Shown: positions 19,901 through 29,152, counted from the first letter of the stretch. The stretch: 64,000 nt of DNA from Myxococcota bacterium (GCA_039028615.1 JBCCHT010000008.1:128001-192000), one strand, 5' to 3'. A program made the numbers and translations. Notes: a model not told the origin generated them from the sequence alone.

Positions 19901-20634
19901 TCGATCTACACCCGTCTCGGCCCGACATGCGCCGCACCGCAGGCGGTCGACTCGAAAAACTCGGGGACGAGCGCGCGCTCGCTCTGGCCATCGACAGCTA
20001 CGACAAGGCCGCCGCGGCGCGCCCCGACCATCCCTCCGGGCCCCGACTCCACGCCTGGGCGCTCGTGCGGCAGGGGAACCACGAAGAGGCGTTCGAGGTG
20101 CTGCGCCAGGCCTTCGATCGTCGCTATCCCGCCGGTCGCTTCGCGGGCGTTCGCGCCCTGCTCCGCCAAGACTTGCGCCTCGTCGCGGCGGCATGGCTGG
20201 CCCAGACCCAGGGTGACGCGCATGCCCTCGCCCTGGCACGGATCAACGAAGCGCGGGTCGTGCCTGCCCACGACGCCTCGGCTCGCTTCGTGGTCACCTG
20301 GGAGACCGACACCACCGATGTCGACGTGCTGCCTCGCCAAAACGGCAAGGGGCGCCTGCTCGGCCGTCGCATCGCCGACGTGCGGACCGGCTACGGACCG
20401 GAGGCGCGGGTGCTCTCGGGCGGGCAGATCCCCGAGCGCCTCCACGCCGCCGTGCGCTACTTCGATCGGGGCGCCATGGGGCACGCCATGGGCACGCTCC
20501 AGGTCATCACCCACGACGGCGCGGGGGCCTTGCACATCGAGTCGCGCCCCTTCGTGCTCATGAACCAGCGGGGCGTGCTCGACATGGGGACCTTCGAGCT
20601 CCCCCTACACCGCGACCCGGCGCCGCGGATCTGA
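16963..20634 (+). CDS. VIT + vWA-like + AgmX/PglI (TonB-C-like) + TPR multidomain lipoprotein
   Basis: VVGC lipobox; LTASDGSGL..PLALTELHLTFDNPE..EGRF (VIT); LFDTSAS (vWA); Gly-rich linker then GALERDIVRRIVRHRLNEVRSCY; helical repeats; VTWETDTTDVD. Confidence 0.85.
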   Translation: MHRWPGVLPCWLVGCVLWVVGCAAPSPDDVVDRAEPPAPTPAPVQAAVYTRQQVSPVLTWRDNPSATVPMSLTASDGSGLDLVAMKARVVVQDPLALTELHLTFDNPEARRREGRFEIELPPGAVLSRLAMRIRGEWQEGEVVERGKARRTYETFMHTRPKVDPALLEHDTGNRVRARVFPIAPNERKEIIVSFSQQLGSAPYQLPLQGLSTIEDFDARVVVHTHDPAADSSSLSGTHSARRVVELRRSHFTPEKDLVVELEGASAAAGLHAGPLAVLRVRPEAERPDARPGSMLVLFDTSASAQAGFEDRAEHLGDALRAMVTDEPMQLEIMSFDQEIRTVYRGLASELRIDALADLIEGRAMGASNLEAALVQAAASTDHWDRVLLVSDGTPTAGETDRQALRSVARTLESVGVRRLDVLAPGSRMDRERLTDLSTALPEAGVILDDRIGPEQVAERLVGSPFGDVAIEVPGATWSWPQSLAGIEPGEDLLVFARYEGSTPSQVRIDFDDPSIAPQQVETLEVERPLVQRAWAGARIDRIEHEMARLAPEDHAVAEALGARIVELSTHYRVLTDRTALLVLETEADYRRFGIDRRARADILTIDGGSIRVNARATIERPEPSVDDDPERIAMATRLDGAESDAIPQLARDFDPELAARASGILSQMQQQSGHFIASPYGGSFAVGNDDEDVWGGAPPESLGLVGTGRGGGGVGEGTIGLGNTGLIGKGGGGGTGAGYGMASPGNWDDDPWNNLGIIGPAHGIGGLGPGYGRGSGAGFGGRGRPVPQVRQGKIKVQGALERDIVRRIVRHRLNEVRSCYNNALRRNSSAKGRADFQFMIGPDGRVVNSLTASSTIGEDRMTKCINRAIKRWKFPKLAGANALVTIPLTFDPGRPSRARAGWGWHPRPRRRRRPAVAAHDGRFAEVQKHLTAGRVEQAYEMAWNWVETQPTDTLGLLALGETLERRGRPRLAARVYGSIIDLHPSRPDMRRTAGGRLEKLGDERALALAIDSYDKAAAARPDHPSGPRLHAWALVRQGNHEEAFEVLRQAFDRRYPAGRFAGVRALLRQDLRLVAAAWLAQTQGDAHALALARINEARVVPAHDASARFVVTWETDTTDVDVLPRQNGKGRLLGRRIADVRTGYGPEARVLSGGQIPERLHAAVRYFDRGAMGHAMGTLQVITHDGAGALHIESRPFVLMNQRGVLDMGTFELPLHRDPAPRI

Positions 20635-20646
20635 CCCCGGGGCGGC

Positions 20647-21573
20647 TCAGGCCTGCTCGAGTATGTCGAGCACGTGCAGGATCTTCCGGCAGTCGTCCTG
20701 GAAGCGCGCCCAGGTGTACTCCGCGCGGAAGGGGTGGTGCCGGAAGTCGTCGAAGCCGCGGGCGATCTCGTCGAGATAGGTGCCCGGCTCGAGCAGGTCG
20801 TCGGCCGGCCTCGCGTCGTGCTGGGTGGGCAGCACGCAGAACTTGCGGGTGTCCTCGAAGACCTGGGCGCGGTTCCACTCGCTCTTCTGGATCCGGTTTT
20901 CCTGGTCGATGATGTCGGTCAGCGCCTGCGAGACGGGGTCGCGCTCGTGCGGCTGCCCGGACAGCAGCGCGACGTCGAACACGTGCTTGAGCCGCTGGCC
21001 TTCCTTCTTCTTGCCCAGCGGAATGCCCAGCGTGGAGGGGCCGATGCACAGCAGCTTGTCGGCGATGAGGCCGCTGATCGACGGCACCTCGACGTCCACC
21101 GACGACTGATACAGCGCCCCGCACTCCACCGTGCGTCGCTGTCCCGGGTAGGGCGCGGGCTCGAGCACCGCGTCGAGCATCACGAAGGCGTCCTCGGGCG
21201 GCTGGTACACCGACTCGAAGAACAGCTTGTAGCTGATCATCGGAAGCCAGGGCTTGGTCTTGTGGGGCCGGACCTCGCAGCGGGTGAACGCCTCGCAGCT
21301 GGCCGTGAGCCCCTCGACCGCCGCGCTGAGCTCCTCCTTGGTCACCGTGGTGACGATGTCGACGTCGATGGAGAAGCGCTCGGGCTGCTCGAGCAGGATG
21401 AGCTGCGAGTTGCCGCCCTTGAAGCGGAAGGGCACGTCGGTGGAGGCCAGCTGCGCCACCAGCTCGAGGCAGTGCACGACCAGCTCGCATAGCTGGGCCG
21501 GCGCCACGCCCCGCTGGGCTTCGTAGTGCTCGCGAGTGAAGAGGGAAGCGTCACCGTGAAGCATGGTCTGCAC
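20647..21573 (-). CDS. AbiEii/DUF1814 (MenT-like) nucleotidyltransferase
   Basis: FRFKGGNS, RFSIDVDI, IADKL and KHVFDV motifs; GTG start directly abuts orn stop (alt ATG 21564). Confidence 0.8.
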   Translation of the reverse strand: MQTMLHGDASLFTREHYEAQRGVAPAQLCELVVHCLELVAQLASTDVPFRFKGGNSQLILLEQPERFSIDVDIVTTVTKEELSAAVEGLTASCEAFTRCEVRPHKTKPWLPMISYKLFFESVYQPPEDAFVMLDAVLEPAPYPGQRRTVECGALYQSSVDVEVPSISGLIADKLLCIGPSTLGIPLGKKKEGQRLKHVFDVALLSGQPHERDPVSQALTDIIDQENRIQKSEWNRAQVFEDTRKFCVLPTQHDARPADDLLEPGTYLDEIARGFDDFRHHPFRAEYTWARFQDDCRKILHVLDILEQA

Positions 21574-22158
21574 CTACTTTTGCGTGGTTGAAGCGGCCGG
21601 CGCCGCGTCGATCCGGGGGATGAACAGGTGATCGCGGTAGTAGCGAAGCTCCGCGATCGACTCGAGGATGTCGTCGAGGGCCCGGTGGGTGTTGGCCTTC
21701 TTGGGCGCCTTGGACTCGGGATACCAGCGCTTGGCGAGCTCTTTGATGGTGGTGACGTCGATGAGCTGCCAGTGCAGGTACGCGTCGAGCGTGGGCATGT
21801 GGCGCTGGATGAAGCGACGGTCGAGATCGACCGAGTTGCCGCACACGGGAGACACGCCCTCGGTGGTGTGCTGGCGCAGGAACTCCACCGTCTGCGCCTC
21901 GGCCTCCTCCACCGACACGGTGGACGCCTTCACCGCCGCCGTCAGGCCGCTCGAGGCGTGATGCTCCGTGCACCACGGCCCCATCGCCGCCATGATCTCG
22001 TCGGGCTGGTGCACGATGAGGCTGGGGCCCTCGGCGATGACCTCGAGCTCGGCGTCGGTGACGACCGTCGCGATCTCGAGCACGTGGCAGGTGCGGGGAT
22101 CGAGCCCCGTCATCTCCATGTCGATCCATACCAGGGGAGCCGAGTGACGATTGAGCAT
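21574..22158 (-). CDS. orn: Oligoribonuclease
   Basis: LVWIDMEMTGLD, EIATVVTD, HHASSGL, CGNSVDLDRRF, IDVTTIKELAKRW, HRALDDILESIAELRYYR. Confidence 0.95.
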   Translation of the reverse strand: MLNRHSAPLVWIDMEMTGLDPRTCHVLEIATVVTDAELEVIAEGPSLIVHQPDEIMAAMGPWCTEHHASSGLTAAVKASTVSVEEAEAQTVEFLRQHTTEGVSPVCGNSVDLDRRFIQRHMPTLDAYLHWQLIDVTTIKELAKRWYPESKAPKKANTHRALDDILESIAELRYYRDHLFIPRIDAAPAASTTQK

Positions 22159-22240
22159 GGTCGCGGCCCGAGTGTATCCGATCCCCCTGGAATTGGGGGT
22201 CGACGTGCGCCCTCGGCTGGCAAAGGCTGGATGGGAGACC

Positions 22241-23794
22241 ATGGCCGCCACCAGCATCGAGTTGAAAGCCGAAGATGACGGGGACCCCAGTCCCTACGTT
22301 CCGCTGAACGGAGAGGTGGTGCTGAAGGCCGTCCCCAACGACGACGTCGAGAGCTACAAGTGGCAGGTCACGGGCGGCCTGGGGATCATCGGGAGCAGCA
22401 CGGGTGCCTCCGTGCGCCTGGCGGGCGATCGCCTCGATGCCGACATCGACGACTCCACCGTCTCGGTCACCGTCGACGGCGGCATCCTCACCAAGACGAT
22501 GAAGCTGACGGTGGTCTCCGTCGAGGCCATCGTGGCCGAGGTCACCTCGACCCCCGCGACCTCGAGCAACACGGCGCGCGCGGCCATGCAGCTGCCCGCC
22601 CCCGACCCGACCGTCTTTCGCTCGACCAACAACCGCGGCGACTTTTCGCGGGGCGAGAGCCTCATCATGGTGAGCGGCAAGTTCCCCGCCGTGACGCTGA
22701 AGGCCGAGGTGAAGCCAGCCGGCGTGCCCCTGGTCTGGTCCTCGAGTCGCAACCCCGAGGATGGTGAAGGCAGCGACGGGCTCGCGCTGAGCAGCACCAG
22801 CGGCACGGAGATCACCATCCCGACCACCGCCGTCGGTGCCTACTTCGTCCGAGCCCAGGTGAAGGTGCGAGAGGGCATCTCGACCGACGCGGACGGGATG
22901 TTCAAGGCCTTGCCCGTGGTGCTCATCGGGGTCACCGCGGTGGCCGACTCGAGCAAGTTCAACAACGCGTTCAAGGTCGACAGCGCGATCGAGCGCCTGC
23001 GCTTCGCCAGCGAGTCCTTCGAGCCGCCTCGAGAAGCGCGGTCCTTCATGTACGCCAGCGGGATCGAGGACTTCGCCGAGCTCGAAGCGCAGGTCGAGGT
23101 GGTGAGCGGCGGCGCCGACGGTCGGCTCTTCCTCGACGACCTGAAAATTGCGTGGATCCAGACCGAGCGCGGCTCGTCCAGCGGCGGCGCCGAGATGGTG
23201 GGGACCTACGAAAACGGCAAGAAGATCGAGCCCGCCCTCGTCTCGTCGAGGTTCATGCGCGGCTTCAACTACATGTTCGACCTGGCGATCCAGGACGGCC
23301 TGAAGTTCCCCCTGCCCGATGCCGAGGACGATCAGACCCCACCCACCGTGGTGAACCGCTCGGGATCCCAACGAACCAACAACGAGGGCAAGGGCGAGAC
23401 CTGGACGATCCGAGGCCAAGACCTCCCCAACGTGACGCTGCCGCTGGCCTTCGAAGGCGGAGACCCCATCTATGAGGCGCAGCCGGGCGACGAAGTGCTC
23501 ACCAAGGTGGTGCTCGACATGCAGTTCTCCGCCTACGTCTGCCTGTGGACCCGCACCGTGCCCCAGACCTTCGGCGTCGCCTATCGGCTCGACTGGGGCC
23601 TCACCGGGCAATGGACGGTGACGGTCGAGCCCGACAAGCCGATGAAGGCCACGGCCGACCAGCAGCCCAAGGTCACCAGCAAGGGCACCCCGCCCAACCC
23701 GATGCAGGCCGAGGCAGCCGATACCCAAGGGGCCGAGGTGCTGGGCCCGGGCAATGTGGAGCACATCGTGCTGTCGATGTCGCCGCCCAACTGA
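22241..23794 (+). CDS. Hypothetical beta-rich (Ig-like) protein without signal peptide
   Basis: GGGAG RBS before ATG 22241; long ORF with host-like codon bias; SYKWQV and LVWSS Ig-like motifs. Confidence 0.75.
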   Translation: MAATSIELKAEDDGDPSPYVPLNGEVVLKAVPNDDVESYKWQVTGGLGIIGSSTGASVRLAGDRLDADIDDSTVSVTVDGGILTKTMKLTVVSVEAIVAEVTSTPATSSNTARAAMQLPAPDPTVFRSTNNRGDFSRGESLIMVSGKFPAVTLKAEVKPAGVPLVWSSSRNPEDGEGSDGLALSSTSGTEITIPTTAVGAYFVRAQVKVREGISTDADGMFKALPVVLIGVTAVADSSKFNNAFKVDSAIERLRFASESFEPPREARSFMYASGIEDFAELEAQVEVVSGGADGRLFLDDLKIAWIQTERGSSSGGAEMVGTYENGKKIEPALVSSRFMRGFNYMFDLAIQDGLKFPLPDAEDDQTPPTVVNRSGSQRTNNEGKGETWTIRGQDLPNVTLPLAFEGGDPIYEAQPGDEVLTKVVLDMQFSAYVCLWTRTVPQTFGVAYRLDWGLTGQWTVTVEPDKPMKATADQQPKVTSKGTPPNPMQAEAADTQGAEVLGPGNVEHIVLSMSPPN

Positions 23795-23825
23795 GGCCGC
23801 GACGCGCACCCGGACACAGCTCCCA

Positions 23826-24305
23826 TCAGTCGGTGCCGGGGCCCATCGCGTGCACTTCGGCCAGCGCCGCCATGACGGCTGCCTTGTCGCACTCGACGTC
23901 CTTGGATGCCATCTGCTCGGCGACCCAGTCCACCCCCAGGTCCTCCTTGTCGAAGACCTTGGTCAGCTGCTTGCTGCGGCCGAGCAGGAGCATGGTGGCG
24001 AGGAACGCCCGCACGGCCGTGCCCGCCAGGCCGCGCATGAGCATGATGTGGGCGAGGCCGAAGTCGAGCAGCGCGTCCTCGGTGAGCTTCGCCGACTCGG
24101 CCCGCACGTCGGCGGGGAAGGTCGGGGTCCCGCCCACCACGGTGTTGATGCCCCCGATCCCCTCGGGGTGCCGCTCGCGAAGCAGCATGAGCACCTTGCG
24201 ATAGTGCTGCATCTGCAGGACGCGAGGCGCGTCCCACCAGACCGCGAGGACGACGTTGCGATAGCTGGCCAGGCGCACTCGTGCGTCCGCGTAGTGCGAC
24301 TCCAT
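23826..24305 (-). CDS. Myxobacterial STAS/SEC14-like small protein
   Basis: VVLAVW..P..VRAES..GLAGTAVRAF..KVF...W pattern; GAGG RBS. Confidence 0.65.
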   Translation of the reverse strand: MESHYADARVRLASYRNVVLAVWWDAPRVLQMQHYRKVLMLLRERHPEGIGGINTVVGGTPTFPADVRAESAKLTEDALLDFGLAHIMLMRGLAGTAVRAFLATMLLLGRSKQLTKVFDKEDLGVDWVAEQMASKDVECDKAAVMAALAEVHAMGPGTD

Positions 24306-24350
24306 GCCTCGCTACCGTACCGCACGACGCATGCAGGGTCGAATACGCCC

Positions 24351-24394
24351 AACGAAACAACCCCCGCGGCCCGAAGGCAGCGGGGGTCGTTCGT
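24351..24394 (-). terminator. Rho-independent terminator
   Basis: Minus strand GACCCCCGCTGCC-TTCG-GGCCGCGGGGGTT-GTTTCGTT downstream of the stop at 24423. Confidence 0.7.
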
Positions 24395-24422
24395 CCGGTG
24401 AACGTCGTGTTCAGGCTCGGGC

Positions 24423-27400
24423 TCAGGTGCCCGGGAAGGGCACGCACTCGAGCGGCGCCGGGCTGGGCTCGGCCAACCAGGTCAGGTCCGCCTGCATGCG
24501 GATCGAGCTGCCCGAAGCCACGTCACCGACGTTGACGGGGGCCACGCCTCCGGTCTCGTCGATGAGGCCGCTGTCGTTCGCGTCGCCGTAGATGACGGCG
24601 TCGATGGGCACGGTCCCCGCCCCCACGGAGGCCACGGGCACGCTGAACAGCGCGATGCCGTCGGCCGTCGCGCCCGAGTTCTGCATGTCCTGGTCGAGAT
24701 CCTCGGCCTGGTCGTAGGCCGGGCCCGCCGGGAAGCCGTTGTCGGCGTTGCCGCTGGGGCCACCCACCACGAAGCACGCGCCGTCGGGGATGACCCCGAC
24801 CAGATCGATGCCGCCGTAGGTGTAGTCGGTGCCGCCCCAGCCGAGGCTGTGACCGGTCAGGTCCACCGCGGCACCCGTGCCGTTGTAGAGCTTGACCCAC
24901 TCGAAGCCGTCGTCACCACCGGGGTGGTCGTAGTAGGCCTCGACGATGATGAGGTCGGTGAAGGCCGGCGCATCGATCACCGACACGGTGGCGTCACCGC
25001 TCTCGGCTCCGATGGAGGCAATCACCACCTCGTCGCCCGTGCAGGCGAGCGAGGTCACCGTGAACGGAGCGCTGAGCGCCCCCGCGGGCACGGTCACGTT
25101 GGGCGGCACGGTCACGCAGGTGCCCGGCGCCACCGCCAAGTCGACGAGCTGACCGCCGACCGGAGCCGGAAGGTTGAGCTGGACCGTCAAGTTGGCCATC
25201 TCCATCAACTGCATGTTGATGGCGGTGGGGTCGATGCTGGGGAAGCGCGTGTCCGCATCGTCGTAGACGACGACCGAGGTCACCAGCTGCACGCCGTTGA
25301 GCTCGGCGGTCACGTCGGCCGTGCCCACCGCGACGCCCGTGAGGACGACCGGGGTGGAGAGGGTGCCGTCGGCGATGGTGACGAACGCTGGTCCGGTCAC
25401 GATGCCCGGATCGGCGTAGGTCAGGTTGACCATCACGTCGCCCTGGGCGGGCGCGCTCAGCTCGGCCGCCAAGCCCGGGGTGGGCTCGGCCATGATGCCT
25501 TGCAGCAGGTAGCTCTCGGGCTGCCCGAAGCCCACCAGGCTGGCGGGGTAGTCCGCGATGCTGCGCGGCTCGAGCTTGGTGTACTGGTTGGCCCAGCGGG
25601 CGATGCCGATGATCTGGGAGTAGGTCTGGCCGTTCATGGGGAACGGGTCGGCCGCGTAGAACAGGTCGTTGACCCGCAGCCCGCCCATCACCTCGAACTC
25701 GTTCGTGCCGTCGTCACCGGGCCCCGGCGCGGGGTTGGTGTCGGTGACGGTGGCGCCGTTGACGACCACCAGCACGCCCTCGAGCTCGGCCTGGAGCGGG
25801 CCCATCTCGATGATGTCGGCGGGGGTGGTCACCTCGGGCACGGGCAGCTCGTTGCCCATCGACAGCAGGGTGGGCGCGGGCTCACCCGCGGCGTCGAGCT
25901 GGATCTGGCCGAAGAAGTCGTTGACCGTACCGCTCACGGTGAGGCGGTCGCCGACGTTCGGGACGAAGGCCCCCGCGGTGTAGATGTACATACCGCTGAA
26001 GTCGACGCCCATGTAGCCGGGGTCGTCGGGGTGGACCTGGACGAAGTAGCCGGGCGCATCCAGGGAGGAGGCGGTCACCAGCACGTCTTCGACGATCACC
26101 GCCTGGCCCGGCATGATGGTCCCGTCCTTGATCTCGTACAGCGACACGGGGCAGGCCCCGCCGCCGGGGTTCGGGACCATCGGGCAGGCGTCGCACGCAT
26201 CGCCCTGGCCGTCCTCGTCGGCGTCGTTCTGGTCGGCGTTCTCGTCGAGCAGGCAGTTGTCGGCGGGGTCTTCCACGCCGTCTCCGTCCTGGTCGAAGAT
26301 GTCCGGGACCTCGCAGTCTTCGCCCGGATCGAGCGGGCACAGGTCACATACGTCGCCGAGCCCGTCCGCGTCGTTGTCCCCCTGGATGTCGCCGTCGAGC
26401 GGCCGGATGGGGTTGAACACGGAGGGGCAGTTGTCGTCCGCATCGGCCACGCCGTCGCCGTCGGCATCGTCGGGTCCGCCGCGCTGGGGGAACTCGTCGG
26501 GCCGGGCCGGGTCGCAGCTCGGCTCGTCGTCGGGCGTGTCGCAAAAGAACAGCGGGTAGGCGGCGGCGTTGACCTCGGCCTGGATCTGACCGATCTGCAG
26601 GCCGGCGTCGCGCTCGGAGCACATGCGCTTGTCGACGCCGCACACGTCGAGGGTCTCGCACTGCTCGACCTCGGCCGGGTCGATCAGCGCCTCGATGACC
26701 GAAGCGTCGCCGTGCAGGGGCTGACCGCCGCGAAGCACGAGCGCCACGTCGCTGGGGTGGCCGTCGATGATCGCGCGATGGTCGGTGTTCTCCGAGCCGT
26801 CGAAGATCGCGATGTCGGCGATGTGCCCCTCCCGGAGCAGGCCGATCTGGTCGTCGGCGCCCTGCGACACCGCGGCCCAGTAGGTGGTCATGAGCCACAG
26901 CTCGGCGTCGGAGAACGCGTTGTCGAGGTGGTTGGCGTTGAACTCGGCCGCGCAGGCGAGCTCGCGCAGCACGTTCATCGAGCCGCTCGCCGTCCAGTCC
27001 GTGCCCAGGGCGATGCGCACGCCCAGGTTGCGGTAGGCGGTGATGTCGGCCGAGATGCCGTACAGGTCGATGTTGGAGCGTGGCGACCACACCAGCATGG
27101 CGCCCTCTTGGGCCATGACGTTGATGTCGGTCGGCCGCATGCCGATGCCGTGGATCACCGAGGTGTTGCCGGCGATGAGGTCCGTGCCGCCCGGGGCTCC
27201 CGACAGGCACGCGAACTCGTTGCGCGCCTCGTCGTTGATGCCCTCGGCGACGTGCGGCATGTACACGTCGTCGTTGAGGTTGAAGTCCCCGTCGATGAAG
27301 GGGTAGTCGCAGCCCATGGCGATCAGGTCGCCGCCCGCATCACCCAGGGGGAAGGTGCGGTAGTTGACGTCGACGCCCTCGAGGCCCTCGGTGACGTCGG

Positions 27401-28175
27401 CCCGGTCGAGGTTGCGCACCAGGCCAGAGGCGTTGGCCCCACCCACCGAACCGGTGAGGCTGGTGGCGCCGCCGAGCAGCATCCGCAGCTCGCCGTAGAG
27501 CACGCCCTCGCGGGAGCTGTCGGAGCCGGGGAAGGTGTTCAGCTCGGTGTGACCGTCGAGGCCGAGCCGCCAGTCGTGGCGGTGATCGTAGCGCTCGTCG
27601 GCGTGCCCCTGCGGCTGCGAGAGAGTGAAGGTGATGTGGTCGTGCGGGTTGATGAGCCCGGGCGAGATGACGCCCTGGTCGCAGGCCACGACGGTGGCGA
27701 CCCGGCCCTCGTCGGTGGCCGCACAGTCACAACCGACGCAGGTGATGCGCCCGTTGGGATCGGTGGTGTCGACCAGCACGCTGCCGTTTTCGTAGACGTC
27801 GAAGCCGGCCAGCACCGTGCCCTGCAGCAGCAGCGACGCGCTGCCCGGGGTGACCGCACAGACCTCGCCCTCGGGCGCCTTGGCCACCTCTTCGTCGCAG
27901 ACGATGTGTCGTCCGGGAGGCGGCGGGGGATCGGTATCGGACTCGGTCTCGGACTCCGTCTCGCCGTCGGTCGCCGTCGTGTCGACGGTCGTGTCCACGG
28001 TCGTGTCCAGCGACGTCGAGCCGTCGGTGGCGCTGCCCATCGGATCCGTGCCGGAGCCTGCCGTGGTCCCCGTGCCTTCGTCGACCGGAACCGGATCGGG
28101 GTCGGGACACCCGGTGAGGAGTAATAGACCAGTGATTGGCGCGAGCGCCCTGCGTAGGAAAGTCTCTGGTGGCAC
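24423..28175 (-). CDS. Lipoprotein: amidohydrolase/deaminase + TSP3 repeats + OB-fold + Ig-like + lamin-tail domain
   Basis: LTGC lipobox; PGLINPHDH, PHVAEG, IHGIG, WSPRSN, ALGTDW; DADGDGVADADDNCP repeats; VGDRLTVSGTVNDFFGQIQL; IVEAYYD..FEWVKLYN; GTG start 28175. Confidence 0.88.
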   Translation of the reverse strand: MPPETFLRRALAPITGLLLLTGCPDPDPVPVDEGTGTTAGSGTDPMGSATDGSTSLDTTVDTTVDTTATDGETESETESDTDPPPPPGRHIVCDEEVAKAPEGEVCAVTPGSASLLLQGTVLAGFDVYENGSVLVDTTDPNGRITCVGCDCAATDEGRVATVVACDQGVISPGLINPHDHITFTLSQPQGHADERYDHRHDWRLGLDGHTELNTFPGSDSSREGVLYGELRMLLGGATSLTGSVGGANASGLVRNLDRADVTEGLEGVDVNYRTFPLGDAGGDLIAMGCDYPFIDGDFNLNDDVYMPHVAEGINDEARNEFACLSGAPGGTDLIAGNTSVIHGIGMRPTDINVMAQEGAMLVWSPRSNIDLYGISADITAYRNLGVRIALGTDWTASGSMNVLRELACAAEFNANHLDNAFSDAELWLMTTYWAAVSQGADDQIGLLREGHIADIAIFDGSENTDHRAIIDGHPSDVALVLRGGQPLHGDASVIEALIDPAEVEQCETLDVCGVDKRMCSERDAGLQIGQIQAEVNAAAYPLFFCDTPDDEPSCDPARPDEFPQRGGPDDADGDGVADADDNCPSVFNPIRPLDGDIQGDNDADGLGDVCDLCPLDPGEDCEVPDIFDQDGDGVEDPADNCLLDENADQNDADEDGQGDACDACPMVPNPGGGACPVSLYEIKDGTIMPGQAVIVEDVLVTASSLDAPGYFVQVHPDDPGYMGVDFSGMYIYTAGAFVPNVGDRLTVSGTVNDFFGQIQLDAAGEPAPTLLSMGNELPVPEVTTPADIIEMGPLQAELEGVLVVVNGATVTDTNPAPGPGDDGTNEFEVMGGLRVNDLFYAADPFPMNGQTYSQIIGIARWANQYTKLEPRSIADYPASLVGFGQPESYLLQGIMAEPTPGLAAELSAPAQGDVMVNLTYADPGIVTGPAFVTIADGTLSTPVVLTGVAVGTADVTAELNGVQLVTSVVVYDDADTRFPSIDPTAINMQLMEMANLTVQLNLPAPVGGQLVDLAVAPGTCVTVPPNVTVPAGALSAPFTVTSLACTGDEVVIASIGAESGDATVSVIDAPAFTDLIIVEAYYDHPGGDDGFEWVKLYNGTGAAVDLTGHSLGWGGTDYTYGGIDLVGVIPDGACFVVGGPSGNADNGFPAGPAYDQAEDLDQDMQNSGATADGIALFSVPVASVGAGTVPIDAVIYGDANDSGLIDETGGVAPVNVGDVASGSSIRMQADLTWLAEPSPAPLECVPFPGT

Positions 28176-28360
28176 GGCAACCCTTCGAAAAGTGCGGGCA
28201 CTAAAGGCCGGAGCTTGCCGGGCTGTCAAGGAGCGGAGGCACGGCGGGTCCAACGCGTGCGTGGACGCTCGTGCAAAGACCGAGATCGGGCCAGGTCACA
28301 CTCGGGTAACGCCGGCCAATCGTTGTCTAGAACCCCCACAAGGCCGTTACCATCGCTTCG

Positions 28361-29152
28361 ATGATGCAATCGCGTTGCGCCAGCACCTCGCCCGTCGGTC
28401 GACTTCGACTCGTTGCGCTCGTGGTGGGACTGCTGTCGTCCGCTGCGGCATGCGAACGATCGTCGAGTTCCGCTCCCGCCACCGTCCCGACCCTCGCCGA
28501 GCTCGACGCGGACGGAGACGTCAAGGCCTTGGGCAAGCGACTCATGGCGATCACCCCGGGCACCCACCGCCTCGATCGTCAGTCTCCAGATCCAACCAAA
28601 GTGATCATCGGCGTGCATGGTCACGGTAGCGAGGGCTACGAGTGGATCTATCCCTTGGAGCGGCTGGGCGAGACCAAGGCGCAGATCCATTTCCACCGTT
28701 GGGACTACGAACAGTGTCCCGGCCCGATGGCCGCAACCCTGGACACCAGCGTGGACTCACTGCTGAAGGCACAGCCCTCGATCGAGAGCCTGCAGATCGT
28801 CGCGCACAGTTATGGAGGTGTGGTCGCGGGGTTGGTCGCCGCCGACTATGACGGCCGCGTACCGCTCACGGTGGACATCGTCGCCTCGCCCTTGGCCGGG
28901 ATCCCGCAGCTCAATGCCCGCTGCGACTACGACGGCCCCAAGCCGCCCGCCGAGGGGGTGACCCTGCGGCAGTGGCGAATCCGGCAAGAGCTGGACGGGG
29001 CATTCCGCGACATGGATCCCGACCCACAGCTCGTCGATCTACCCGGCGAGGTCACCGAGCTTCCCGAGAGCTATCGCGGTCATCGACTCGGCCACAACTG
29101 GGCGATCTCGTGGGTCGCCGACCGAATCGGGGGCGACGACCCGCCGCCGTGA
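28361..29152 (+). CDS. Alpha/beta-hydrolase fold lipoprotein
   Basis: SAAAC lipobox-like; GVHGH, AHSYGG nucleophile elbow, ASPLAG, LGHN. Confidence 0.8.
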   Translation: MMQSRCASTSPVGRLRLVALVVGLLSSAAACERSSSSAPATVPTLAELDADGDVKALGKRLMAITPGTHRLDRQSPDPTKVIIGVHGHGSEGYEWIYPLERLGETKAQIHFHRWDYEQCPGPMAATLDTSVDSLLKAQPSIESLQIVAHSYGGVVAGLVAADYDGRVPLTVDIVASPLAGIPQLNARCDYDGPKPPAEGVTLRQWRIRQELDGAFRDMDPDPQLVDLPGEVTELPESYRGHRLGHNWAISWVADRIGGDDPPP

